From positions 1 through 39,759 of IMG/VR virus record IMGVR_UViG_3300025590_000020: a DNA stretch of 39,759 nt; one strand, 5' to 3'. Positions 7,950 to 15,310 of this stretch are shown here, piece by piece. Each line of letters opens with the position of its first letter. Positions within the stretch are counted from its first letter, which is position 1. A program made the translations under genes and the position numbers. The DNA comes from a virus (lineage: Duplodnaviria > Caudoviricetes). The notes under the pieces were generated by a model. That model saw only the letters and a program-made list of their open reading frames with translations. It made no database searches and was not told the DNA's origin.

Positions 7950-9559
7950 CGCATGCGCCATGTCCTAATTGTCCAAGTTCAAATGGCTTTGCCATATTTG
8001 ATGATGGGCATGGTTACTGCTTTGTGTGTCACCATTACGCTTCAAATGCGTTAGGTGGCGAAACCCCTAAAAAATCTGAGGTGAATATGGCAACTACAGA
8101 GTTAGTTGAGCGTTCTAATTTCCAACCTCTAAGTAAACGTAAGTTGAGCTTAGACACTTGTAAAAAGTGGGATTATTTCATTGGAGACTACAAGGGCCGA
8201 CAGGTCCAAGTAGCAAATTACAAGGACGCACAAGGTGTAACCGTTGCGCAGAAAGTTAGATTTCCTAACAAGGATTTCCTCTTTCTGGGCGATACAAAGG
8301 CTGCTGGTTTATATGGCCAAAGCCTTTGGAGAGATGGTGGCAAAATGGTCACTGTATGTGAGGGCGAAGTTGATGCCCTCTCACTCTCGCAAGCTTTTGG
8401 AAACAAATGGCCTGTCGTGTCCATCCCAACGGGCGCAGCAGGTGCAAAGAAAGCTATCCAAAAGCAACTCGAATGGCTCAATAAGTTTGAGAAAGTTGTG
8501 TTCTGTTTCGACAATGACACCGCAGGTATTTCAGCCGCTAAAGAATGTGCAGCTTTGCTTCCTCCCTCGAAGTCGCGCATTGCTAACCTACCGCTGAAAG
8601 ACGCTAGTGAAATGCTGGTACAGGGTAAGACCCAAGAACTTATTGACGCCATTTGGAGTGCCAAAGAGCACAGACCTGATGGCATACTTAACGGGGCTGA
8701 CCTGTGGGACTCTATTAATTTAGAAGACGACATTCAGTCTTGGGATTACCCCTTTAAAGGGCTTAACGCCATGACCCAAGGTGTCAGAAAAGGCGAGATC
8801 ATAACTGTGACCGCTGGTTCTGGTATAGGCAAAAGCCAGATTTGCCGTGAGTTTGCGTATCACTTGTTGATACAGGGCGAGACCATAGGAATTGTAGCTT
8901 TAGAGGAGAGTGTAAAGCGCAGTGCCTTGGGCATGATGGCTATTGCTGCAAACAAACCTCTACACTTACAGAACGTAGAGATTAGTCCTGAAGATAAAAA
9001 GCAGGCCTTCGATGATACCCTAGGGACAGGCAGAGTATTTCTGTACGATCACTGGGGCAGTACAGACAGCGACAACCTGTTAGACAAGATACGTTTCTTA
9101 GCTAACGGGTGTGACTGTGGGTGGATCGTATTAGACCATATTAGTATTGTAGTTAGTGGTATCGAAGGCGGTGATGAAAGACGAATTATAGATAACACCA
9201 TGACAAGGCTTCGCGCTCTTTGCGAGGAATTGAACGTCACTATTATCTTAGTATCTCACCTTAAGCGTCCCGAAGGTAAGGGACATGAGGAGGGAGGCCA
9301 GACTTCTTTGTCTCACTTAAGAGGCTCAGCAGCAATCGCTCAACTCAGCGATCTGGTGATAGGATGTGAGCGGAACCAACAAGACGCTGAGAATGCGAAC
9401 ATCACTATTCTCAGAGTGTTAAAAAATCGACACACTGGTGAGACAGGCATAGCAAGTTTGCTTGGTTTTGACCGCCATACCAACCGAATGACAGAAATGG
9501 CAATCACTGCTGACGCACGTGATGATGCTGAAATATTTACAGTTGAAGAGGATTTCTAA
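7919..9559 (+). CDS. DNA primase-helicase (gp4-like)
   Basis: CxxC...CxxC Zn finger, TOPRIM EGEVD/FDND, Walker A AGSGIGKS, LDH, LRGS; ATG 7919 preferred over track start 7895. Confidence 0.97.
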   Translation: MAEQQESEFLTHAPCPNCPSSNGFAIFDDGHGYCFVCHHYASNALGGETPKKSEVNMATTELVERSNFQPLSKRKLSLDTCKKWDYFIGDYKGRQVQVANYKDAQGVTVAQKVRFPNKDFLFLGDTKAAGLYGQSLWRDGGKMVTVCEGEVDALSLSQAFGNKWPVVSIPTGAAGAKKAIQKQLEWLNKFEKVVFCFDNDTAGISAAKECAALLPPSKSRIANLPLKDASEMLVQGKTQELIDAIWSAKEHRPDGILNGADLWDSINLEDDIQSWDYPFKGLNAMTQGVRKGEIITVTAGSGIGKSQICREFAYHLLIQGETIGIVALEESVKRSALGMMAIAANKPLHLQNVEISPEDKKQAFDDTLGTGRVFLYDHWGSTDSDNLLDKIRFLANGCDCGWIVLDHISIVVSGIEGGDERRIIDNTMTRLRALCEELNVTIILVSHLKRPEGKGHEEGGQTSLSHLRGSAAIAQLSDLVIGCERNQQDAENANITILRVLKNRHTGETGIASLLGFDRHTNRMTEMAITADARDDAEIFTVEEDF

Positions 9560-9795
9560 TGACTAAGTATGAACCAGATACAAAATACGACGTAGAAGCT
9601 GACCTGTCTGTGGAAGGCGTGTCAATTTATGTCTTCTCTGGAGAAGATGAGGATGCCGAAGAAATCCCTATTTCTTGGGAAGAACTGATTGCTGATACTA
9701 TCGGGAGCAATGATCGCGCTGACCTTGCCGCTCTTTCCCAGTGCTTTCTACTGTGGGCGGAAGAGCTAAGGCTTGCCAGTTTTAACTACGACTAA
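9559..9795 (+). CDS. Small acidic hypothetical protein
   Basis: TAATG coupling to the helicase stop; 78 aa. Confidence 0.7.
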   Translation: MTKYEPDTKYDVEADLSVEGVSIYVFSGEDEDAEEIPISWEELIADTIGSNDRADLAALSQCFLLWAEELRLASFNYD

Positions 9796-9799
9796 TTAG

Positions 9800-9813
9800 T
9801 TGCACACGTGCAA
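9800..9813. promoter_or_regulatory. Operator family B copy, perfect palindrome TTGCAC-AC-GTGCAA
   Basis: Sits in the short intergenic gap upstream of the DNA polymerase RBS. Confidence 0.7.
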
Positions 9814-9839
9814 GTTGTTACTCCAGCGAGAGGACGTAA

Positions 9840-11627
9840 ATGAGACTAATATACGACATTGAAACAGATGGGTTAGACCCCACAGTCATCCACTGTATCG
9901 CTTGTCGAGACATAGACACTAAGGAAGCCTACAGCTTTTATGGTGACACTCTCGACGAAGGTGCTTTGTTCCTAAGTAAAGCTAAAGAACTAATAGGCCA
10001 CAACATCATGGACTATGATATGCGTGTTCTGCGTAAGTTTTACCCAGCGCTCTTTAATGAATATGCGGGTAAAGTTACGGACACACTGGTTCTGTCCCGT
10101 CTAATCTGGCCTGACCGCCGCGAGAAAGACTTTAAGCTTTATAGAGAAGGTAAATTAACCCCCAAGCTTATTGGTTCCCACGCCTTGAAGGCTTGGGGTT
10201 ACCGGATGGGTACTCTCAAAGGGGACTTCGCTGAGCAAACAGACTGGCAAGAGTTCTCAATGCAGATGCTCGAATATTGTGAGCTCGATGTTGTCGTTAA
10301 CTTGAAACTTTTTCTATTAATTGAAAAGGCTAAGGTAGCCAAAGACGCCGCTGATCTCGAACATGAGATACACCGTATTTGTTTAAAGCAGACACTAGAC
10401 GGTTTCCCTTTTGACGAAGAAAAGGCCGTTAAGCTTTACTCTAAGTTATCCGCCAGACGCCAAGATATTTATGATAAAGTTGTAGAGGCTTTTGGTTCTT
10501 GGTGGGAAGAAGAGGGTATTGTGACCCCCTCTAGGAGTATCAAATATAAGTCTGTTAGTAGGCACAGTGTTACCGCAGGTGCTCCTTATACAAAGGTAAA
10601 GTTTGTTACCTTTAACCCTGCTAGTCGCTTTCACATCGCGCGTTGCCTGTCCAAGAAATATGGTTGGGTCGCAAAAGAGCACACAGATACTGGCGAACCT
10701 AAAGTAGACGACAGTGTGTTGAACAAGCTTGAGTATCCTGAAGCAAAGTTACTTGCAGAATATCTTCTACTTCAAAAGAGGATAGGCCAACTGGCTGAGG
10801 GTAAGCAGGCTTGGTTGAAACTCGTCAAAGACGGTAAAATCCACGGTAGGGTTACTACTATGGGTGCCGTGACATCAAGGTGTACGCATCAAAACCCAAA
10901 TACAGCCCAAATTCCGGGAGTAGGGGCTAAGTATGGCAGTGAGTGCAGAGCTCTTTTCCATGCTCCTAAAGGTTGGATGCTCATGGGCTGTGATGTTTCG
11001 GGTTTGGAGCTTAGAGTCCTTGCCCACTTCGTTGCTGCATGGGACGAAGGTAAGTACGCCAGTATCCTGTTGGATGGCGATATTCACCAAGCCACTGCGG
11101 ACGCTACAGGTCTGTCGCGTTCGGGGGCCAAAACATTCCAGTACGCCTTACTTTATGGTGGGGGTGATGAAAAAATTGGTTCGATTGTCGGCGGGGGTAA
11201 AAAGGAAGGTGCTGCGCTTAAGCGTAAGTATTTCAAAGCTACGCCAGCCATTAAGAAGCTACGTGATGCTGTCCAAAAGAAGGCAGAACAAGGCTACTTA
11301 AGGGGCATTGATGGGCGGCACGTTCCTATTCGACACACCCATGCAGCACTCAACACACTGTTACAAAGTTGTGGCGCAATTATCTGCAAACGCTGGGTCG
11401 TCACATATCACAAGTTACTCAAGGAAAATGGGTACATAAGCGGGCGTGACTATATCCAAGTGGCCTACGTCCACGACGAGATTCAGGTCCTAGTTAAAGA
11501 GGAGTTAGCCGATGAGCTTGGGCAACTCTGCATCGAGGCAATTAAGCTTTCTGGAGAGTATTACAACTTCAGAATCCCCCTCGATGGAGAATACAACACA
11601 GGCGGGAACTGGGCAGACACCCACTGA
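9840..11627 (+). CDS. Family A DNA polymerase with 3'-5' exonuclease (gp5-like)
   Basis: DIET, GHN..YD, YC..DV; DVSGLELR, R..AKTFQYALLYG, VHDE. Confidence 0.98.
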   Translation: MRLIYDIETDGLDPTVIHCIACRDIDTKEAYSFYGDTLDEGALFLSKAKELIGHNIMDYDMRVLRKFYPALFNEYAGKVTDTLVLSRLIWPDRREKDFKLYREGKLTPKLIGSHALKAWGYRMGTLKGDFAEQTDWQEFSMQMLEYCELDVVVNLKLFLLIEKAKVAKDAADLEHEIHRICLKQTLDGFPFDEEKAVKLYSKLSARRQDIYDKVVEAFGSWWEEEGIVTPSRSIKYKSVSRHSVTAGAPYTKVKFVTFNPASRFHIARCLSKKYGWVAKEHTDTGEPKVDDSVLNKLEYPEAKLLAEYLLLQKRIGQLAEGKQAWLKLVKDGKIHGRVTTMGAVTSRCTHQNPNTAQIPGVGAKYGSECRALFHAPKGWMLMGCDVSGLELRVLAHFVAAWDEGKYASILLDGDIHQATADATGLSRSGAKTFQYALLYGGGDEKIGSIVGGGKKEGAALKRKYFKATPAIKKLRDAVQKKAEQGYLRGIDGRHVPIRHTHAALNTLLQSCGAIICKRWVVTYHKLLKENGYISGRDYIQVAYVHDEIQVLVKEELADELGQLCIEAIKLSGEYYNFRIPLDGEYNTGGNWADTH

Positions 11628-11907
11628 CCCTAACGTGCTTGGAGACATATCTGAGTATTACGCAATCACTTATTTACTAGACAAAGGCTACATGGTGTTT
11701 CGCAACACTACCTGTACTGGTCCGGTAGATATACTAGCGATCACCCCTGCGGGGGAAACAATCCTAATTGATGTCAAAACAGTCCGATCCAACACTGATT
11801 ACAACATAGCCTCTGTACGTTCTCCGTTACAGAAAAAGCTAGGTGTTAAGTTGTTGGACTTTGACGTTGCGACACGATCTTTCTCTTGGAAAAAGCACCG
11901 TGATTAA
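11584..11907 (+). CDS. PD-(D/E)xK nuclease-like protein
   Basis: GDISE...L...GY.VF...VD......IDVK; start uncertain (track gives 11512). Confidence 0.7.
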   Translation: MENTTQAGTGQTPTDPNVLGDISEYYAITYLLDKGYMVFRNTTCTGPVDILAITPAGETILIDVKTVRSNTDYNIASVRSPLQKKLGVKLLDFDVATRSFSWKKHRD

Positions 11908-12611
11908 TGAAATATAGACAAAAAGCAAGAACACGAAACGAGTCTAAAGAAAAGTTTTACGTCCAGCGTCAGCTTTCAAGGATCGAGTTACACCCCAAGA
12001 CAGAACGACAGGCTGAATACATTCGAGCCATTAATCACAACCCTCAGGTAATCTCTGTTGGCTGTGCAGGTACTGGTAAGACTTACATTGCTGCTTCAGT
12101 TGCTGCGGACCTTTTGCGCCGTAAGGAGATCAAGAAAATTATCCTCACACGCCCTAACGTGGCAGCAGGGAAATCTCTTGGGTTCTTCAAGGGCACGATG
12201 GAGGAAAAACTAGAACCTTGGGTGGCTCCCTTCACGGAAGTGTTGAAGCTGCACATGGGTCCTAATGCTTATGACATTGCACGTAAGAACAATGAGATTG
12301 AGATCGTACCGCTAGAAGTTATGCGCGGACGTTCCTTTAACAATGCTTTTGTCGTGCTGGACGAGGCTCAAAACACCACCATAGGGGAAATCAAAATGTT
12401 CCTCACTCGTATTGGGGAGGACACCACAGTCATCATCAACGGTGACGTGGCACAGACAGACCTCAAAGAAAGCAGTGGTCTAAGCAAGATCATTCACATG
12501 TCAAAAAAGTACGCCATGCCAATCCCAATCATTGAGTTTGATGAGGATGACATTGTGCGTTCAGACATCTGCGCCATGTGGATAAAATCGTTCAATCGAG
12601 AGGGTATTTAA
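11907..12611 (+). CDS. phoH: PhoH-family ATPase
   Basis: GCAGTGKT, TRP, MRGRSF, DEAQN, TRIG, GD..QTD, DIVRS. Confidence 0.96.
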   Translation: MKYRQKARTRNESKEKFYVQRQLSRIELHPKTERQAEYIRAINHNPQVISVGCAGTGKTYIAASVAADLLRRKEIKKIILTRPNVAAGKSLGFFKGTMEEKLEPWVAPFTEVLKLHMGPNAYDIARKNNEIEIVPLEVMRGRSFNNAFVVLDEAQNTTIGEIKMFLTRIGEDTTVIINGDVAQTDLKESSGLSKIIHMSKKYAMPIPIIEFDEDDIVRSDICAMWIKSFNREGI

Positions 12612-12770
12612 GTGGCTAAGAAACCTACTGATAAACAACGTGAATGCCAAAGGTGCATCCAAATGGAAGCCTCTTTAAAAGAGGTTGCCCGACTAGCCAA
12701 ACTAGGGGAGGGCCCCGCGTGGTGGTACATCCTTGAGGCTGTCAAGAAAGGTCTCAAGGAATGGAAATAA
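12612..12770 (+). CDS. 52-aa hypothetical protein with CxxC (not in ORF track)
   Basis: GTG immediately after the phoH stop, GAGGG RBS, overlaps the next start. Confidence 0.5.
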   Translation: MAKKPTDKQRECQRCIQMEASLKEVARLAKLGEGPAWWYILEAVKKGLKEWK

Positions 12771-12946
12771 CCTTTGTTCTGCATCTTATAACAGTGTGTG
12801 CCTTCCTGATCGTCAGCATAGCTCTGTCCTTCAAGTTCATCGTGGAAGCCGTGCTTGATTACAAAGAAGTTACCTCTGGCATTAAATTTGTACTGGAAAA
12901 TAGTGGAGAAGATAGCGATGAAGATGAAGATACTTCTAGATGGTGA
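12761..12946 (+). CDS. Small membrane protein
   Basis: N-terminal hydrophobic helix and acidic tail; fills the gap. Confidence 0.55.
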   Translation: MEITFVLHLITVCAFLIVSIALSFKFIVEAVLDYKEVTSGIKFVLENSGEDSDEDEDTSRW

Positions 12947-13694
12947 CATCCTAGTTTACGAAGCAGCAGTTACCGCTGAGAAAGAAATAAACTGGGGCGA
13001 CGGTCTTTGGACAATCCACGCCCGTGAGGATGAAGCCCTAGGTATCTTTAAAGATAAGCTAGGCTTTATCTTGGATAAGTCAGGCATCAAAGACTACACA
13101 ATCTTCCTCACGGGAAGTACGAACTACCGTAAGTTTTTGCATGAAGACTACAAAGCAAACAGGGCTACCAAGCGTAAGCCTATGCTTATCAAATGGCTTC
13201 GTAAGTACCTCATGGAAAACTATGACGCTGTCCTGCACGAAGGCATAGAGGCCGACGACGCTATTGGAGTTTACAGTGTAAACGAGGGCTCAGTCATTGT
13301 GTCTAAAGACAAGGACCTTCTGACAATTAAAGGTGCTCACTGGAGTGCTGACAAAGGGTTCTACGAGGTCACTGAGCAAGAGGCCGATTATAACTTATTA
13401 ATGCAAACTCTCACAGGCGATGCGACAGATAACTACAAAGGTTGTCCAACCTACGGACCTGTAAAAGCCAAGAAGGCTTTAGACTGTGAAGACCCTTGGG
13501 CGGCTGTAGAGGCTGCGTTTCTAAAGCAAGGGCTCACAGTTGAAGACGCAATCACACAAGCACGGTTGGCACGTATTCTACGTCCTAATGAATTTGATAT
13601 TTCAACAAACGAGGTAAAGCTTTGGACACCCAAGACACAGTCAACAAACCCAAACATTATACAAACAGTAGCATTGAGTGCATTGACTACATGA
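12918..13694 (+). CDS. 5'-3' exonuclease (gp6-like)
   Basis: LLDGD, NYR, YKANR, EADD, SKDKDL, GD.TDNY.G.P..G; GGAG RBS before ATG 12918. Confidence 0.95.
   Translation: MKMKILLDGDILVYEAAVTAEKEINWGDGLWTIHAREDEALGIFKDKLGFILDKSGIKDYTIFLTGSTNYRKFLHEDYKANRATKRKPMLIKWLRKYLMENYDAVLHEGIEADDAIGVYSVNEGSVIVSKDKDLLTIKGAHWSADKGFYEVTEQEADYNLLMQTLTGDATDNYKGCPTYGPVKAKKALDCEDPWAAVEAAFLKQGLTVEDAITQARLARILRPNEFDISTNEVKLWTPKTQSTNPNIIQTVALSALTT
13269..13283. promoter_or_regulatory. Palindrome family A, copy 5, inside the exonuclease CDS
   Basis: GTTTACAgTGTAAAC, read in frame as V-Y-S-V-N. Confidence 0.7.
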
Positions 13695-13852
13695 AGGACA
13701 GCATGGAGGTAACCATGTTCCTTGGATACCTCGAAGGTGCAGTTAAAAAGTATGTACATCGTTATCGCTACAAAGGTCGTCCAGTTGAGGACTTAGAAAA
13801 GGCCGCTTGGTACCTTGATCGTTTGATTACGGAGTTACGCCAAGATGGATAA
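13622..13852 (+). CDS. DUF3310 / T7 gp1.7-like nucleotide kinase
   Basis: VN.P.HY, IECID, KY..RY..KG...EDL.KA.WYL. Confidence 0.85.
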   Translation: MDTQDTVNKPKHYTNSSIECIDYMKDSMEVTMFLGYLEGAVKKYVHRYRYKGRPVEDLEKAAWYLDRLITELRQDG

Positions 13853-14132
13853 CACAAATAAACATGACCCTAAAGGTTACGACTTTTCGGTGGCCCTCGC
13901 GGCTACTAATCCAGCCTCATACATCATCATAGGTGCTGACAACTGTATACACTGTGCAAGAGCCAAGCAGTTCTGCGACAGACACGGCCTCTCTTACACT
14001 TACTATGATCTAGGGGTTAACGCTTGGCTCAAGACTTTGCTTCAGAAAACAGAGCTCACCACCATCCCGCAGATATTTACAACAACAGGTCTCCATGTCG
14101 GGGGCTATTCTGATCTGGAGCATTTCAATTGA
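13845..14132 (+). CDS. Glutaredoxin
   Basis: CIHC active site, TIPQIF, VGGYSDL. Confidence 0.9.
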   Translation: MDNTNKHDPKGYDFSVALAATNPASYIIIGADNCIHCARAKQFCDRHGLSYTYYDLGVNAWLKTLLQKTELTTIPQIFTTTGLHVGGYSDLEHFN

Positions 14133-14782
14133 TCGAAGCCACCTACATCACCCACTGCGGTACAGACCTTTCAGTAGTTAATGCTGCCCGCGTTTCGTTC
14201 GGGAAAACATCTAAACTTATATGTACTGACTTGATCCAAGGCCGCTATGATATGAGCCCACGCGACAAAAAACTCATTCGGTACCTAGCTGAACATAAGC
14301 ACATATCACCCTTCGGTCATGCCTTTGCATCCTTCCACGTCAAAGCACCTGTCTTTGTAGCGCGTCAACTCGTTAAGCATAAGTTTCTACGTTGGAATGA
14401 GATCAGTCGTCGTTATGTAGATGAGGAGCCTGAGCTCTACACACCTGAAGTGTGGCGGGGTAAGTCTGCTGATAAGAAGCAGGGTTCAGAAGGTGTACGC
14501 CAGCCGCCTCTACATCTTGGCCCACTCATGAACCAAGTCTTAGACCTGTATGACCAAATGATCCATGATGGTGTTGCCCCAGAGCAAGCCCGCATGATCC
14601 TCCCTCAGTCCATGATGACCGAGTGGTACTGGTCGGGTTCCTTAGATGCCTTCAGTGACATGGCTAAGCTACGCTGCGCATCTGATACTCAATACGAAAG
14701 CCGCCTAGTCGCACGACAGATCAGCGACAAGATGGCTAAGTTATTCCCTGTAGCATGGGAGGCCTTGGTTGCTGACGGTTGA
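14129..14782 (+). CDS. thyX: Flavin-dependent thymidylate synthase
   Basis: NAARVSF, H.SPF.H, ARQLVKH...NEISRRY, EQAR.ILP. Confidence 0.94.
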   Translation: MIEATYITHCGTDLSVVNAARVSFGKTSKLICTDLIQGRYDMSPRDKKLIRYLAEHKHISPFGHAFASFHVKAPVFVARQLVKHKFLRWNEISRRYVDEEPELYTPEVWRGKSADKKQGSEGVRQPPLHLGPLMNQVLDLYDQMIHDGVAPEQARMILPQSMMTEWYWSGSLDAFSDMAKLRCASDTQYESRLVARQISDKMAKLFPVAWEALVADG

Positions 14783-14990
14783 GTTCCATGACGACTGCAC
14801 AGCAATAACCGTTTTAGATGAAACAGGTGAACACGACGACATCTTGTTAATTCAAGACGGCACCAGCGTGGTTCTGAGGCAGTATGATGAAGACGAAGAA
14901 GAATACCATCTTATCGTCATCTCCCTTCAACAATTTCAAAGTCTAATCGTGGCGCAAGACCTGCCCGCAGGGACGTACAAGGTAAAATAA
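14769..14990 (+). CDS. Small acidic hypothetical protein
   Basis: TTG start with GGAGG RBS; overlaps both neighbours. Confidence 0.7.
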   Translation: MLTVEFHDDCTAITVLDETGEHDDILLIQDGTSVVLRQYDEDEEEYHLIVISLQQFQSLIVAQDLPAGTYKVK

Positions 14991-15310
14991 TGAGTACACT
15001 TAATAACTACCAAGAGAATGCAGCAAAGACTGCTCTCTACCCGAAAGACAAGGCCCTCGAATACTTAACAGCAGGTCTTGCAGCAGAGACTGGGGAAATA
15101 ACAGGCAAGGTGGCTAAGTATTGGCGCAAGGACCAAGCAGAGCTTCCTAAAGAAGACCTAAAAGCTGAGCTAGGGGACGTACTTTGGTTCGTCTCTGAGT
15201 TTGCTCGTTTGCTCGAAACGCCCCTCGAAGAAATCGCAGATGAAAATATTAAGAAGCTGGCTTCCCGTCACGCACGTGGGACAATTAAAGGTGATGGAGA
15301 TAACCGTTGA
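14990..15310 (+). CDS. mazG: MazG-like nucleotide pyrophosphohydrolase
   Basis: GL..ETGE, ELGDVLW, N..KL..R..RG.I.G.GDNR. Confidence 0.9.
   Translation: MSTLNNYQENAAKTALYPKDKALEYLTAGLAAETGEITGKVAKYWRKDQAELPKEDLKAELGDVLWFVSEFARLLETPLEEIADENIKKLASRHARGTIKGDGDNR

Noticed and set aside
14360-14416. ThyX motif reads KHK-X7-S rather than RHR-X7-S
   Set aside because: Catalytic Ser and flanking motifs are intact; treated as a variant, not a pseudogene
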